NCBI GenBank assembly: GCA_964635565.1
Contig: CAZWON010000001.1
Span: 135,020 to 199,019, forward strand
Length of the DNA stretch: 64,000 nucleotides
Origin: an uncultured Planctomycetia bacterium
Lineage (GTDB): Bacteria > Omnitrophota > Gorgyraeia > Duberdicusellales > 4484-171
Direction of reading: 5' to 3'
A program made the translations under genes and the position numbers. Below are positions 1 through 11,485 of the stretch, piece by piece (within the stretch, counting starts at the first letter, position 1; the number at the start of each line of letters is the position of its first letter). Under the pieces are notes generated by a model. That model searched no databases, had not been told where the DNA came from, and worked only from the letters and a program-made list of their open reading frames with translations.

Positions 1-2293
1 CAATCAGATTTTACCCCCTGGATTTGATTTTGTAAATGAAATGCTTAATAAGAAGAAAATTTCTGATATCGTAAGTACTTGTTATAAGAAATTTGGCCAT
101 CATGCTACAATAGTACTTTTAGATAATTTAAAAGATTTAGGATTTGAATATGCTACACGCGGAGGGATAAGTATTGGAATGGAGGATTTAAGGATTCCTT
201 CGCAGAAAAGCGATTGTATTAAAGAAGCAAATAACGAATTAGCCAAGGTGGAAGAGCAATATAGAAGAGGGATTATTACAGAAAGAGAGCGTCATAATAA
301 AATTATAGATATCTGGACACGTACTACTGATAGAGTATCGGATTACGTGTTTAAAAATCTTGATTCCTTTAATCCCATTTTTATGATGGCTGATTCAGGA
401 GCGCGAGGCTCCCGTCTTCAGATGAGGCAATTAGCAGGGATGCGTGGTCTTATGGCAAAACCTTCTGGAGAAATCATTGAAACTCCTATTATCTCTAATT
501 TTCGGGAAGGGTTAAGTGTGTTAGAATATTTTATTTCTACTCATGGAGCAAGAAAAGGACTTGCGGATACAGCTTTAAAAACTGCTGACGCAGGATATCT
601 TACAAGAAGACTCGTTGATGTTGCTCAAGAAGTAATTGTTATTGAAGATGATTGCGGGACAGTTAATGGAATTACTGTTTCTGAAATTGTAGAGGGTGAT
701 GAGGTAGTTGTTTCTTTAAAAGAAAGAATAATAGGTCGAGTGGCTTTAGATAATATTGTAGATATCGTAAGTGATGAGATAATTGTGAAAGCAGGAGAGG
801 AGATCATAGAGGAGAAGGCAGAGAAAATAGAAAAGTTAGGCATTGAAAAAATAAGAATTAGAAGTGTACTTACCTGTGAATCAGAAAGGGGAGTATGCAG
901 GAAATGTTATGGAAGGAATTTAGCTACAGGTAAAATGGTAGAGATTGGAGAAGCAGTAGGAGTCATTGCTGCTCAGTCAATAGGAGAGCCAGGCACTCAA
1001 CTTACTATGAGAACTTTTCATATTGGAGGGACAGCTTCCAGGATTGCCGAGCGTTCATTTATTAAGGCTAAAGAGAATGGAATTGTTAAGTATCACGGTC
1101 TTAAAGTTGTCGCAAAAGGTAAGAATTTTGTGGTACTTAATCGGAATGGAATGATAAGTATAAATGATGAAAAAGGAATAGAACTTCAAAGAAATCCTGT
1201 TCCTCAGGGTTCATTTATTCTTGTGGGAGATGGAGGAAAAATTGAGAAGGAGAAAATATTTGTTCGTTGGGACCCTTATTCTTCGCCAATTCTTACAGAA
1301 GTAAGTGGTAAAGTAAAATATGAAGATGTAATTGAAGGTATAACTATTCAAGAAGAGATGAACCTTGCTACAGGAAGAAAAGAAAGAGTAGTAATCGAGT
1401 TTAAAGGGGATTATCATCCTCAGATTTTAATTCTTTCTGATAAAGATGAGGTTTTGGGAATTTATCCTGTCCCTACAGGAGCACATATCATGGTGGAAGA
1501 AAAAGATACTGTTGAGGCAGGAGATGTAATTGCTAAGACACCACGGTTAGTAGCAAAAACAAGGGATATTACAGGGGGTCTGCCACGTGTAGCAGAACTT
1601 TTTGAAGCACGCAGGCCCAAAAATCCTGCTTTGATAAGCGAGATAGATGGGTTTGTAGAGTTTAAAGAGGAAAAGGGAGAGAGAAAGATAATTGTAAGAA
1701 GCCCTACAGGAATGAAAAGGGAATATGTTATTCCTACAGGAACCCACCCCATAGTTTATAAAGGAGATAAGGTAGTTGCTGGTCAGCAACTTACAGAAGG
1801 CCCTATAGTGTTACAGGATATTTTACGAGTTTGTGGCGATAAGGTTTTGCAGGAATATTTGGTGAATGATATTCAAGAAATATATCGTTTACAAGGGGTG
1901 AGCATAAATGATAAGCACATAGAGTTGATTATTCGAGAGATGCTTAAGAAAGTGAAGATTGTAGATGCAGGAGATACTAATTTTCTTCCTGGAGAAGCAG
2001 TGGATAAGTGGGATTTTAAGAAGGAAAATACACGTATTCTTAAAAAGGGAGGGAAGCCTGCTACAGCAGCACCTTTACTTTTAGGAATTACTAAGGCAAG
2101 TTTAAATACTAAGAGTTTTATTTCTGCAGCGAGTTTTCAAGAGACTACGCGAGTATTAACAGAAGCGGCAAGTAGTGGGAAGGTAGATGAGCTTAAAGGA
2201 TTAAAGGAAAATGTAATTGTAGGACATCTTGTTCCTGCAGGAACAGGGTTAAGGATGTATAGAGAGATTGAGGTGGAGAAATGTCAACAATAG
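1..2293 (+). CDS. rpoC: DNA-directed RNA polymerase beta' subunit, C-terminal part (5' end lies outside the window; reading frame open from nt 2)
   Basis: Translation aligns colinearly with the C-terminal ~760 aa of bacterial beta' ([68 protein letters not shown]). No stop codon between nt 2 and the first in-window ATG at 41. Confidence 0.95.
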   Translation, partial: NQILPPGFDFVNEMLNKKKISDIVSTCYKKFGHHATIVLLDNLKDLGFEYATRGGISIGMEDLRIPSQKSDCIKEANNELAKVEEQYRRGIITERERHNKIIDIWTRTTDRVSDYVFKNLDSFNPIFMMADSGARGSRLQMRQLAGMRGLMAKPSGEIIETPIISNFREGLSVLEYFISTHGARKGLADTALKTADAGYLTRRLVDVAQEVIVIEDDCGTVNGITVSEIVEGDEVVVSLKERIIGRVALDNIVDIVSDEIIVKAGEEIIEEKAEKIEKLGIEKIRIRSVLTCESERGVCRKCYGRNLATGKMVEIGEAVGVIAAQSIGEPGTQLTMRTFHIGGTASRIAERSFIKAKENGIVKYHGLKVVAKGKNFVVLNRNGMISINDEKGIELQRNPVPQGSFILVGDGGKIEKEKIFVRWDPYSSPILTEVSGKVKYEDVIEGITIQEEMNLATGRKERVVIEFKGDYHPQILILSDKDEVLGIYPVPTGAHIMVEEKDTVEAGDVIAKTPRLVAKTRDITGGLPRVAELFEARRPKNPALISEIDGFVEFKEEKGERKIIVRSPTGMKREYVIPTGTHPIVYKGDKVVAGQQLTEGPIVLQDILRVCGDKVLQEYLVNDIQEIYRLQGVSINDKHIELIIREMLKKVKIVDAGDTNFLPGEAVDKWDFKKENTRILKKGGKPATAAPLLLGITKASLNTKSFISAASFQETTRVLTEAASSGKVDELKGLKENVIVGHLVPAGTGLRMYREIEVEKCQQ

Positions 2294-2655
2294 CTCAGTT
2301 GTTAAGAAAACCAAGGGTCCCTAAGAGAAAAAAGACGAAGTCCCCTGCTTTAGGGAGTTGTCCTCAGAAAAGAGGTGTATGTATTCAAGTCAGAACAATG
2401 ACACCAAAAAAACCCAATTCTGCTTTACGTAAAATTGCTCGCGTTCGTCTTACTAATTCTGAAGAGGTCACTGCTTATATTCCTGGTGAAGGGCATAACC
2501 TTCAAGAACACTCTATTGTTTTAGTCCGAGGAGGAAGAGTAAAAGACCTTCCTGGCGTGCGTTATCATATTGTAAGGGGCACATTAGATACGCAGGGTGT
2601 TCAGAATAGAAAGAAATCTCGCTCTAAATATGGGGCTAAAAGACCAAAGGGATAA
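2281..2655 (+). CDS. rpsL: 30S ribosomal protein S12
   Basis: 124 aa with conserved S12 motifs ([25 protein letters not shown]). Overlaps the rpoC stop by 13 nt. Confidence 0.95.
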   Translation: MSTIAQLLRKPRVPKRKKTKSPALGSCPQKRGVCIQVRTMTPKKPNSALRKIARVRLTNSEEVTAYIPGEGHNLQEHSIVLVRGGRVKDLPGVRYHIVRGTLDTQGVQNRKKSRSKYGAKRPKG

Positions 2656-2673
2656 TTACTCTGGAGGGTTAAG

Positions 2674-3141
2674 ATGAGAAGAAGAAGAGCGCCAAAAAGA
2701 GAGGTTGTTTCTGATCCGAAATATAATTCCGAAATTTTAAGTCATTTTATAAATATCATTATGTGTGATGGTAAGAAAAGCATTGCCCAGAGAATTATTT
2801 ATGAGGCATTGGATGTAGTAGGTAAGCGTACCAAAGACGATGCTTTAAAAGTATTTTTTGATGCTTTAGAGAATGCCCGTCCACGTCTTCAAGTTAAACC
2901 ACGTAGAATAGGAGGGGCAACCTATCAAGTGCCTGTAGAAGTTTCTAAACAAAGAGGGATTTCTATAGCTTTAAGGTGGATGAGGGATTTTGCCCGTAAT
3001 AAAAAAGGTAAGCCAATGAGTTTAAAGCTTGCTGATGAGATAATTTCTGCCTATAAAAATGAAGGATCGGTAATAAAGAAGAAAGAGGATACTCATAAGA
3101 TGGCGGAAGCAAATAGGGCATTTGCTCATTTTAGATTTTAA
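2674..3141 (+). CDS. rpsG: 30S ribosomal protein S7
   Basis: 155 aa; S7-like N-terminus and core (GKKS..AQRI.Y.A.., VKPRRIGGATYQVPVEV); position follows rpsL as expected. Confidence 0.95.
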   Translation: MRRRRAPKREVVSDPKYNSEILSHFINIIMCDGKKSIAQRIIYEALDVVGKRTKDDALKVFFDALENARPRLQVKPRRIGGATYQVPVEVSKQRGISIALRWMRDFARNKKGKPMSLKLADEIISAYKNEGSVIKKKEDTHKMAEANRAFAHFRF

Positions 3142-3166
3142 TTGGTTTGCTTAAGGAAATTTATAA

Positions 3167-5299
3167 ATGGACTACATAGGGAATTTGGAAGAAAGTTTAG
3201 GAAAAAATGTAAAGTACAAAGAGAAAAATTTAGCAAGTAGGGATATGTCAGAGATAGAATTAATAAGAAATATTGGGTTTGTGGCTCATATTGATGCGGG
3301 TAAGACTACTACTACTGAAAGGGCTCTTTTTTATAGCGGAAGAGTTTATAGGCTTGGCGAAGTAGATGAGGGAACTGCTACTACAGATTGGATGGAGCAG
3401 GAAAAAAAGAGAGGAATTACTATAACCAGTGCTTCTACTTATTGTAGATGGCGCGATTATCATATAAATATTATTGATACCCCTGGTCATATAGATTTTA
3501 CTGTAGAGGTTGAAAGAGCACTAAAAGTTTTAGATGGAGCAGTAATAATTTTTTGTGGGGTAGGGGGAGTAGAGCCTCAGTCTGAAACTGTATGGCATCA
3601 AGCCGATAAATATAGAGTTTCTCGCATTGTTTTTGTTAATAAGATGGATAGGACAGGGGCAGATTTATTAGCTGTTGTGGAGGAGATGAGGAATAAGTTA
3701 GGCGCTAATGTTGCTCTGATACAGCTACCCATCTATGAAAATGATGAATTTAAAGGCATAGTAGATCTCATTAGGAATGAAGCAGTATATTATGAGGATG
3801 AGTTGGGAGAAAGAATGATAAAAAAACCTGTTCCTGCCCATTTGGAAAAAGATGTTGTTAGATTTCGTGATGAGCTTATTGAACGGTTAGCGGAACGCGA
3901 TGATGAGTTTATGAATAAATTTATCCATCAGGAAAGGTTAAAAGAAGAGGATTTTATTCGTGTAGTCCGTAAGTGTGTATTGGAGAATAAATTTTATCCT
4001 GTTCTTTGTGGGTCAGCGTTAAAGAACAAAGGAATTCAGTTACTTTTAGATGCAGTTTGCAATTTTCTCCCCTCACCCCATGATTTAAAAGTTGTTAAAG
4101 GGTTACATCCCACTAAAAAAGAAGTAGAAGAAATAGAAATTAGTTATAAAGCTCCTTTTTGTGCCTTATGTTTTAAGGTTTTTACAGATCCTTTTGTGGG
4201 AAAACTTTTTTATACGCGAGTGTACTCGGGAAAGGTTAGTACTTCTTCTTTAATTTATAATGCTACAAAAAAAAGTAAAGAGAAGATAACTAAAATTGTA
4301 AGAATGCATGCCAATAAACAGGAAATTATAAGTAATGCTAAGGCAGGTGATATCGTCTGTTTGGTAGGTTTAAAAGAGACTACTACAGGAGATACTCTCT
4401 GCGATCCTCAATATCCTTTGCTTTTAGAAGAAATGAGGTTTCCTGAGCCTGTTGTATCTTTAGCTATTGAACCTAAGACAAAAGCAGATCAAGATAGGTT
4501 AGTGACCGCCTTAAAAAAATTAGAAGCAGAGGACCCTTCTTTTAAAGTTTCCTATAACCGAGATACAGGTCAAAATATTATTTCTGGGATGGGGCAGCTT
4601 CATTTAGAGGTTGTAGTAGAGAGATTGTTAAGTGAATTTAAAGTAAAAGCTAGAGTTGGCAATCCCCAGGTAGCATATAAAGAGACAATTAAAAAGAGAG
4701 TTGAATCTGTAGGTAAATTTATTCAACAGACAGGGGGACGCGGTCAATATGGTCATGTGGTTTTACTTATGGAACCGAATAAAAAAGGAGGTGTGGTTTT
4801 TGAGAGTAAGATTAAAGGAGGTATTATACCACGTGAGTTTATCCCTGCGGTTAAAGAAGGCGTATTTAATGCATCAAATGCAGGTATTTTGGGAGGTTAT
4901 TCTGTCACTGATATAAAAGTAACTCTTATTGATGGTTCTTATCATGATGTTGATTCTAGTGAGCTGGCTTTTAAAATTGCTGCAGAAATTGCTTTTAAGG
5001 AGGGTTTAAGAAAGGCTTCTTCTATTTTACTTGAGCCAATAATGGATTTAGAAGTTATTACCCCCTTAGAGTATTTAAGCCAGGTTATTGCTGATTTGAA
5101 TGTGCGTCGAGCAAAGATTGTTTCTATTTCCGATAGGAGAAATGTGAAAACAGTAAGAGCAGAGGTGCCTCTTCGCGAAGTTTTTAATTATGCGGATATA
5201 TTAAGGAACTTGACACAGGGAAGAGCTTCTTATACAATAGAGCCTTTCTATTATGAAGAGGTGCCCTATGAAATATTAATAAAGATATTAGGAAGATAA
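3167..5299 (+). CDS. fusA: Elongation factor G
   Basis: 710 aa; G-domain motifs AHIDAGKTTTTE, DTPGHIDF, NKMD; full EF-G domain layout. The start at 3167 has an AAGGA RBS 9 nt upstream. An in-frame ATG at 3245 aligns better with canonical EF-G N-termini (MSEIELIRNIGFVAHIDAGKT), so the first 26 aa may not be translated. Confidence 0.93.
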   Translation: MDYIGNLEESLGKNVKYKEKNLASRDMSEIELIRNIGFVAHIDAGKTTTTERALFYSGRVYRLGEVDEGTATTDWMEQEKKRGITITSASTYCRWRDYHINIIDTPGHIDFTVEVERALKVLDGAVIIFCGVGGVEPQSETVWHQADKYRVSRIVFVNKMDRTGADLLAVVEEMRNKLGANVALIQLPIYENDEFKGIVDLIRNEAVYYEDELGERMIKKPVPAHLEKDVVRFRDELIERLAERDDEFMNKFIHQERLKEEDFIRVVRKCVLENKFYPVLCGSALKNKGIQLLLDAVCNFLPSPHDLKVVKGLHPTKKEVEEIEISYKAPFCALCFKVFTDPFVGKLFYTRVYSGKVSTSSLIYNATKKSKEKITKIVRMHANKQEIISNAKAGDIVCLVGLKETTTGDTLCDPQYPLLLEEMRFPEPVVSLAIEPKTKADQDRLVTALKKLEAEDPSFKVSYNRDTGQNIISGMGQLHLEVVVERLLSEFKVKARVGNPQVAYKETIKKRVESVGKFIQQTGGRGQYGHVVLLMEPNKKGGVVFESKIKGGIIPREFIPAVKEGVFNASNAGILGGYSVTDIKVTLIDGSYHDVDSSELAFKIAAEIAFKEGLRKASSILLEPIMDLEVITPLEYLSQVIADLNVRRAKIVSISDRRNVKTVRAEVPLREVFNYADILRNLTQGRASYTIEPFYYEEVPYEILIKILGR

Positions 5300-5312
5300 G
5301 AGGAGGTGAAGA

Positions 5313-6515
5313 ATGGGAAAAGAGAAGTTTGTAAGGAGTAAGCCCCATTTAAACATTGGGACCATTGGGCACGTTGATCATGGGAAGACTACTCTAACCA
5401 GTGCTATTACAAAGATTTTGGCAAGCCGTGGTAAGGCACAAGCTTTAGCTTACGAGGATATTGATAAAGCGCCTGAGGAAAAAGAGAGAGGCTTGACAAT
5501 TAACATTGCCCATGTGGAATACGAAACAGATAATCGCCATTATGCTCATATTGATTGTCCAGGACATGCAGATTATATTAAGAATATGATTACAGGAGCA
5601 GCGCAAATGGATGGTGCTATTCTTGTTGTTGCTGCTACTGATGGTCCTATGCCTCAGACTCGCGAACATATTCTTTTATCAAGACAGGTAAATGTTCCTG
5701 CAATTGTTGTGTTTGTAAATAAAGTAGATCAGGTAGATGATAAGGAACTTATTGATTTAGTGGAGGTAGAGGTAAGAGAGTGGCTTTCTAAGTATGAGTT
5801 TCCTGGGGAAGAAGTGCCTGTGGTGAAAGGTTCTGCATTGGAAGCTATGGGATGTGGTTGTGGCAAAGACGATTGTCCTAAGTGCAAGCCAATCTTAGAG
5901 TTAATGAAGGCAGTTGATGAGTATATTCCTACCCCTAAAAGAGACGTAGATAAACCTTTTTTAATGGCTATAGAGGATGTTTTTTCTATTTCTGGCAGAG
6001 GCACAGTAGTTACAGGAAGAATAGAAAGAGGTAAGATTAGAATAGGAGAGGAGGTAGAGATTGTAGGGCTGGCACCAGAGGTAAGGAAAACAGTTGTTAC
6101 AGGAGTAGAGATGTTTAGAAAAACACTCGATGAAGGGCAAGCAGGAGATAATGTAGGATTACTTTTAAGAGGAGTAGAAAAAGAAGATGTGGAGAGAGGT
6201 ATGGTAATAGCGCAGCCAAGCTCTATTACTCCCCATACGAAGTTTAAGGCGCAGATTTACGCTTTAAAGAAGGAAGAAGGGGGAAGACATACTCCTTTTT
6301 TCAGTGGTTATAGACCACAGTTTTATATAAGGACAACTGATGTTACAGGAACAGTTAAGCTTCCCCAGGGAGTAGAAATGGTTATGCCCGGGGATAATGC
6401 TGAAGTCGAGGTAGAGTTGATTCAGCCTGTTGCTATTGAGAAAGAGATGCGTTTTGCTATTCGTGAAGGTGGTAAAACTGTAGGAGCAGGTGTAGTTACA
6501 GAAATATTACAATAA
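5313..6515 (+). CDS. tuf: Elongation factor Tu
   Basis: 400 aa; [21 protein letters not shown] and a C-terminus typical of EF-Tu. RBS GAGGAGGTG upstream. Contains an unusual Cys-rich insertion (see findings). Confidence 0.95.
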   Translation: MGKEKFVRSKPHLNIGTIGHVDHGKTTLTSAITKILASRGKAQALAYEDIDKAPEEKERGLTINIAHVEYETDNRHYAHIDCPGHADYIKNMITGAAQMDGAILVVAATDGPMPQTREHILLSRQVNVPAIVVFVNKVDQVDDKELIDLVEVEVREWLSKYEFPGEEVPVVKGSALEAMGCGCGKDDCPKCKPILELMKAVDEYIPTPKRDVDKPFLMAIEDVFSISGRGTVVTGRIERGKIRIGEEVEIVGLAPEVRKTVVTGVEMFRKTLDEGQAGDNVGLLLRGVEKEDVERGMVIAQPSSITPHTKFKAQIYALKKEEGGRHTPFFSGYRPQFYIRTTDVTGTVKLPQGVEMVMPGDNAEVEVELIQPVAIEKEMRFAIREGGKTVGAGVVTEILQ

Positions 6516-6531
6516 AGACATAATAAGCCAA

Positions 6532-6840
6532 ATGCTTAAGATTCGGATAAAACTTAGAGCATTTGATCATAGGATTCTTGATCAATCAGTGCAGGAAATT
6601 ACAGAGGTAGCTTTACGGACAGGGGCGAAAGTAAATGGGCCTATTCCTTTACCTACTAAAAAGAAAATTTATACAGTATTACGCTCAACTAATATAGACA
6701 AAAAGTCAAGAGAACAGTTTATGTTGGCAATTCATAAGAGGATTATTGATTTGGATAATCCTACCTCAAAAACAATAGATGCTTTAAGAAAGTTAAATCT
6801 TCCTGCTGGGGTTAATGTAGAGATAAAGCAAGAGGTATAA
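6532..6840 (+). CDS. rpsJ: 30S ribosomal protein S10
   Basis: 102 aa; [16 protein letters not shown] and PLPTKK motifs; first gene of the S10 operon, directly after tuf. Confidence 0.93.
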   Translation: MLKIRIKLRAFDHRILDQSVQEITEVALRTGAKVNGPIPLPTKKKIYTVLRSTNIDKKSREQFMLAIHKRIIDLDNPTSKTIDALRKLNLPAGVNVEIKQEV

Positions 6841-6904
6841 ACATATAAAAGAAAAATTGTTGTTTAAAATAAGGAATGGATTTTGTGTAAAAAATTTTAG
6901 AGCA

Positions 6905-7537
6905 ATGATTAGAGAGGTTGTAGGAAAAAAGTTAGGAATGACACATATTTTTGATGAAGAGGCTAATTTAGTGGCTATTACAATTGTAGAGATAGGTTCT
7001 ATGTGTGTTTTAGAAAAAGTTTTTTATCCTAAAGGTATAAAGGTGAAGGTAGGGTATTTTAAGGTTTCGCCCTCTAAGACAAAGAGGATAAAAAAGCCTC
7101 TTAAAGGGTATTTTACAAAGTTAGGTGTTCCTTTTTATGAAGTTATAAAAGAAGTGGATATAGAGGATGAAAAAAATCTTAAGGTAAAAGAGGAATTCGG
7201 TATAGAGGTACTTAAAGAAGGAGAGATTATAGATGTGCGGGGGAAATCAAAAGGAAGAGGTTTTCAGGGTGGAGTAAAACGATTTGGTTGGCAGGGACAA
7301 CCAAAGACACATGGTTCTACCACTCATCGCCGTATTGGCTCAGCAGGTGCTACTACTTTTCCCGGAAGAATCATTAAGGGGCATAGAATGCCAGGCCATA
7401 TGGGTAATTTTCACTGTACAATAAAAAATCTTAAAATTTTAAAAATAGATAAAGAGAAAAACTTATTATATATAAAAGGGGCAATACCCGGAGCTATTAA
7501 TAGCAAGGTTTTTATAAAGAGAGTAGGTCCTAAATGA
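6905..7537 (+). CDS. rplC: 50S ribosomal protein L3
   Basis: From the ATG at 6905 the protein starts MIREVVGKKLGMTHIF, matching L3 N-termini. The ORF track begins at an upstream TTG (6857) that would add 16 non-conserved residues. Neither start has a strong SD. Confidence 0.9.
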   Translation: MIREVVGKKLGMTHIFDEEANLVAITIVEIGSMCVLEKVFYPKGIKVKVGYFKVSPSKTKRIKKPLKGYFTKLGVPFYEVIKEVDIEDEKNLKVKEEFGIEVLKEGEIIDVRGKSKGRGFQGGVKRFGWQGQPKTHGSTTHRRIGSAGATTFPGRIIKGHRMPGHMGNFHCTIKNLKILKIDKEKNLLYIKGAIPGAINSKVFIKRVGPK

Positions 7538-8172
7538 GTAAGTTAGAAGTTTATAATCAAGATGGTAAAAAGATAAAGACTTTAGAGTTAGATAAAGAAG
7601 TTTTTGATAGGAAGGTTAGTGAAGACCTTCTTCATCAAGCAATAGTTACTTTTTTAGCTAATCAGAGGAAAGGTTTAGCTAATTCAAAGACAAAAGGAGA
7701 AATAAGAGGAGGGGGAAGAAAACCTTGGCGGCAGAAAGGAACAGGGAGAGCACGGGTAGGTTCAATACGTTCGCCCCTCTGGAGAGGAGGAGGAGTAGTT
7801 TTTGGGCCAAAGCCTCGGGATTATTCTAAGAGAATGCCTAAGCGAATGCGAATTTTAGCCTTAAAAAGTGCCCTTAATATTAAATTGAAAGATAAAGAAA
7901 TAATGTTAGTAGATAATATTGAAATAAAGGAAGCTAAGACAAAAGTATTATTTGGAATATTAAAAAAACTCAAATTGGATAATATTAAAACTACATTAGT
8001 GATAGAGAGAATAGATAAAAATATAAAATTAGCTTCTAGAAATTTAGAGCATCTTGAGATAGAAAAGGCGGATACTTTGAATTCTTATAATGTTTTGGAC
8101 TGTAAAAAAATATTATTTACCTTACCTGCTTTTAAAAAAACAGAAGAAAGAGTAAAAAAATGGCTCCATTAG
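7534..8172 (+). CDS. rplD: 50S ribosomal protein L4
   Basis: 212 aa; L4 family sequence; operon position; ATGA overlap with rplC. Confidence 0.9.
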   Translation: MSKLEVYNQDGKKIKTLELDKEVFDRKVSEDLLHQAIVTFLANQRKGLANSKTKGEIRGGGRKPWRQKGTGRARVGSIRSPLWRGGGVVFGPKPRDYSKRMPKRMRILALKSALNIKLKDKEIMLVDNIEIKEAKTKVLFGILKKLKLDNIKTTLVIERIDKNIKLASRNLEHLEIEKADTLNSYNVLDCKKILFTLPAFKKTEERVKKWLH

Positions 8173-8450
8173 GAGATATTTACACTTATATTAAATCACC
8201 TTTAATTACAGAAAAGGCAACTCAACTTGCCAGCAAAAATAAGTACGTTTTTTGGGTAGATAAAAGAAGTAACAAAATTGAAATAAGAAAAGCAATAGAA
8301 GCTATTTATAGGGTTAAAGTTACCTCTGTTAATATTATTAGTATGAAAGGTAAAACAAAAAGATTACGCTGGGGTCAAGAAGGGAAAACATCTTCTTGGA
8401 AAAAAGCAGTAGTTACCTTAAAAAAAGGCGATACAATAAAAATTACTTAA
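8160..8450 (+). CDS. rplW: 50S ribosomal protein L23
   Basis: 96 aa; L23-like ([11 protein letters not shown]...); operon position. Confidence 0.88.
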   Translation: MAPLGDIYTYIKSPLITEKATQLASKNKYVFWVDKRSNKIEIRKAIEAIYRVKVTSVNIISMKGKTKRLRWGQEGKTSSWKKAVVTLKKGDTIKIT

Positions 8451-8451
8451 T

Positions 8452-9297
8452 ATGGGAATAAGAAAGTTTAAACCTACAACTGCGAGTTTACGTTTTAAAG
8501 TAATCTCTGATTTTTCTGAAATTACCAAAACTAAGCCAGAAAAGTCTCTTTTAGTTTCTTTAAAGAAAAAAGGAGGAAGAAATAATTATGGTTGTATTAC
8601 TGTAAGAAGAAGAGGAGGGGGGCATAAGAGAAGATACAGGTTGGTTGATTTTAAAAGAGACAAATTTGATAGCGAGGCAGAAGTCTTATCTATAGAATAT
8701 GATCCTAACAGAAGTGCTCGGATTGCCTTAGTGGAGTATCCTGATAGAGAAAAAAGGTATATTATCTGGCCTGATGGTTTAAAAGTAGGAGATAAAATAA
8801 TAAGTGCTTTTGATTCCCAGACAGATATAAGGCCCGGCAATTGTATGAGATTAAAACATATCCCTTTAGGGACAGTAATTCATAATGTTGAGCTTACCCC
8901 AGGGGGAGGAGGGAAGTTAGTAAGAAGTGCGGGTAGTTGGGCTCAGCTTATGGCTAAGGAAAGAGGTTTTGCCCAGCTTAAAATGCCTTCAGGAGAAATT
9001 CGGCTTGTGAAAATAGATTGTAGGGCAACTATTGGTCAGGTGGGGAATATTGACCACAATTCTATTATTCATGGTAAAGCAGGAAGAGTTCGCTGGTTAG
9101 GTAGACGCCCTAAAGTAAGAGGTGTGGCAATGAATCCTGTAGATCATCCTCATGGGGGAGGAGAAGGAAAGGCAGGTCAAGGTAATCCCCATCCTGTAAG
9201 CCCTTGGGCAAAATGCGCTAAGGGAGGTAAAACAAGAAGACCGAAGAATAAAAGTAATAAGTATATATTAAAACGCAGAGGTAAGAAGAGAAAATAG
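8452..9297 (+). CDS. rplB: 50S ribosomal protein L2
   Basis: 281 aa; conserved L2 motifs ([22 protein letters not shown]). Confidence 0.95.
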   Translation: MGIRKFKPTTASLRFKVISDFSEITKTKPEKSLLVSLKKKGGRNNYGCITVRRRGGGHKRRYRLVDFKRDKFDSEAEVLSIEYDPNRSARIALVEYPDREKRYIIWPDGLKVGDKIISAFDSQTDIRPGNCMRLKHIPLGTVIHNVELTPGGGGKLVRSAGSWAQLMAKERGFAQLKMPSGEIRLVKIDCRATIGQVGNIDHNSIIHGKAGRVRWLGRRPKVRGVAMNPVDHPHGGGEGKAGQGNPHPVSPWAKCAKGGKTRRPKNKSNKYILKRRGKKRK

Positions 9298-9318
9298 TCG
9301 AGAATAAAAGAAAAGATT

Positions 9319-9606
9319 ATGAGCAGGTCATTAAAAAAAGGTCCTTTTGTTGACGAGAAATTATTGAAAAAGGTTAAGCAAGCAAAAGAAAAAGGTGTAA
9401 GGATACCTATAAAAACATGGTCGCGCTCAAGTATGATTACACCTGATTTTGTAGGGTTAACTATTGCTGTTCATGATGGTAAGAAGCACGTTCCTGTTTT
9501 TATTATAGAGTCAATGGTAGGACATCGTTTAGGTGAGTTTGTTCCTACAAGAACATTTCGCCAGCACGGAGGGATAAAAGCAAAGAAAGCATTACAGAAA
9601 AAATAG
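9319..9606 (+). CDS. rpsS: 30S ribosomal protein S19
   Basis: 95 aa; [12 protein letters not shown]..., GHRLGEF motif. Confidence 0.93.
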   Translation: MSRSLKKGPFVDEKLLKKVKQAKEKGVRIPIKTWSRSSMITPDFVGLTIAVHDGKKHVPVFIIESMVGHRLGEFVPTRTFRQHGGIKAKKALQKK

Positions 9607-9614
9607 CAATTATT

Positions 9615-9971
9615 ATGGTAGCAAAAGCAGAGACAAAATATATAAGAATATCACCAAGGAAATTAAGATTGGTGCTTCCTCTTATTAAAGGAATTTCTGT
9701 AGAAGATGCTTTAGCAGTTTTAAAGATGACCAATAAAAAAGGAGCTTTTTATTTAGAAAAAACTTTGCGTTCTGCAATTGCTAATGCAAAAAGTAAGGGT
9801 TTTAATGAGAGTAAACTTTTTGTTGCGCACGTAATCGCAAATGCTGGGCCGTTACTAAAGAGATATCGTGCTGCTTCTTTTGGAAGAGCGACTATGATTC
9901 GAAAACGCACTTCTCATTTGAGGATTGAATTAGATACAAAGGAAAAGATTATAAGTAAGGTTAAAAGATAA
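9615..9971 (+). CDS. rplV: 50S ribosomal protein L22
   Basis: 118 aa; L22 family; operon position. Confidence 0.9.
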   Translation: MVAKAETKYIRISPRKLRLVLPLIKGISVEDALAVLKMTNKKGAFYLEKTLRSAIANAKSKGFNESKLFVAHVIANAGPLLKRYRAASFGRATMIRKRTSHLRIELDTKEKIISKVKR

Positions 9972-9972
9972 A

Positions 9973-10638
9973 ATGGGGCAGAAAGTTCATCCTTATATTT
10001 TAAGAATAGGTTTTGGTAAAGATTGGCAATCACGCTGGTTTAGTGATAGGAAGAAGAATTATGCTCAATTTCTTGATGAAGATTTGAAGATAAGAAAAAC
10101 GGTCAAAGATTTTTATACTTTAGGCTCTATTGCTAATCTTATTATTGAGAGGATTTCCTCTACGCTTATAAGGATAAGAATAAGAACCTCACGGCCAGGA
10201 GTAATTATTGGTAAGGGAGGAAAAGATATTGAGAGGTTAAAATCTATGATGCTTGATCTTACAAAGAAAGAAGTGATTATTGATGTAGAAGAGGTAATAG
10301 AGCCTGCTTTAGAGGCACAGTTAGTAGCGGAATTAATTACTTTCCAGATTGTAAAAAGGGTGAATTTTCGGCGGGCAATGAAACGGGCAATTCAACAAGC
10401 AGTGAATTTGGGATGTGAAGGGATAAAGATAAGGTGCTCAGGAAGATTGGGGGGAGTAGAAATCGCTAGAAGCGAAAGTTACAAATATGGCAAGATTCCT
10501 CTTCAGACCTTTCGTGCAGATATAGATTATGGTTTTAGTGTGGCAAAGACTACTTATGGGACTATTGGAGTAAAAACTTGGATATATAAAGGTATAAAAT
10601 ATTTAGGAAACTATCTTATAAAAGAGGAGAATAAATAA
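9973..10638 (+). CDS. rpsC: 30S ribosomal protein S3
   Basis: 221 aa; [13 protein letters not shown] start with KH and S3-C domains. Confidence 0.93.
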   Translation: MGQKVHPYILRIGFGKDWQSRWFSDRKKNYAQFLDEDLKIRKTVKDFYTLGSIANLIIERISSTLIRIRIRTSRPGVIIGKGGKDIERLKSMMLDLTKKEVIIDVEEVIEPALEAQLVAELITFQIVKRVNFRRAMKRAIQQAVNLGCEGIKIRCSGRLGGVEIARSESYKYGKIPLQTFRADIDYGFSVAKTTYGTIGVKTWIYKGIKYLGNYLIKEENK

Positions 10639-10639
10639 T

Positions 10640-11050
10640 ATGTTTTTGCCCAAGAGGATTAAATATAGAAAGGCGCAGCGCGGCAGACGTAAGGGGCTGG
10701 CTACAAGTGGTTCTGAGGTAAGTTTCGGTGAATACGGGCTTAAAGCATTAGGATGTGGATGGCTTAAAAATACTCAGATAGAAGCAGCAAGAATTATTCT
10801 TGCCCGTCGGTTACGTCGAGGAGGAAAATTATGGATAAGAATATTTCCTGATAAACCTATAACCAAGAAGCCTGCAGAGTCTCGCATGGGGAAAGGTAAA
10901 GGCGAAGTAGAAGGATGGGTAGCAGTGATAAAAAGAGGGATGATGCTTTTTGAGATGGGGGGAGTTTCTGAAGAATTTGCCCGAGATTCTTTTAGGCTGG
11001 TAGCTTATAAGTTGCCTTTTAAAACCAGATTTGTGTTAAGAAGAAAATGA
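10640..11050 (+). CDS. rplP: 50S ribosomal protein L16
   Basis: 136 aa; [19 protein letters not shown] matches the L16 N-terminus. Confidence 0.93.
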   Translation: MFLPKRIKYRKAQRGRRKGLATSGSEVSFGEYGLKALGCGWLKNTQIEAARIILARRLRRGGKLWIRIFPDKPITKKPAESRMGKGKGEVEGWVAVIKRGMMLFEMGGVSEEFARDSFRLVAYKLPFKTRFVLRRK

Positions 11051-11244
11051 GAAATAAGGAATATAGAAATTTAAATAAAGAGGAATTGGAAGAGAAACTT
11101 TTAGAGTTAAGAAAGAAACTTATGGAGTTGAATTTTAAGAGAAAAACTTCTCGCATAGAGAAACCGCATCTTTTTAGAGAAACTAAAAGGAATATTGCAA
11201 GGATTCTTACACTATTAAAGGAAAAGGTTAATGAGAGAGAATAA
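11047..11244 (+). CDS. rpmC: 50S ribosomal protein L29
   Basis: 65 aa coiled-coil-like small protein between rplP and rpsQ; overlaps rplP by 4 nt. Confidence 0.85.
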   Translation: MRNKEYRNLNKEELEEKLLELRKKLMELNFKRKTSRIEKPHLFRETKRNIARILTLLKEKVNERE

Positions 11245-11485
11245 GAAGATAAAAAAAAGAGTCTTAGAGGGAATTGTTGTTTCAGGTAAGATGGAAAAAA
11301 CTATTGTGGTAGAGGTAAAGAGGAAGTTTCCCCATCCCCTTTATAAAAAAACTATCACTAAGAGAAAGAGGTTTAAAGTGCACGATGAGAAGAAGGAGGC
11401 TAAATTAGGGGATAAAGTTAAGATTATAGAGGCACGTCCTTATTCTAAAGAGAAATATTTTCGTTTACTTGAGGTATTAAGATGA
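11231..11485 (+). CDS. rpsQ: 30S ribosomal protein S17
   Basis: 84 aa; S17 OB-fold sequence ([19 protein letters not shown]); operon position. Confidence 0.88.
   Translation: MRENKKIKKRVLEGIVVSGKMEKTIVVEVKRKFPHPLYKKTITKRKRFKVHDEKKEAKLGDKVKIIEARPYSKEKYFRLLEVLR

Noticed and set aside
625-843. Minus-strand ORFs of 60-130 aa lying inside plus-strand genes. Examples: 625-843, 1211-1417, 1462-1752, 3260-3490, 5445-5669, 5729-6004, 8586-8840, 14248-14502, 16470-16757, 22365-22631, 26414-26809, 27993-28241, 35599-35805, 37324-37566, 45793-46002, 49735-49968, 52968-53186, 53303-53527, 56934-57320, 60091-60339, 61950-62264, 62646-62957.
   Set aside because: Each overlaps a strongly supported conserved gene on the opposite strand. 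Their translations are low-complexity or Ser/Ile/Phe-rich with no recognisable motifs, typical of antisense frames in AT-rich DNA.
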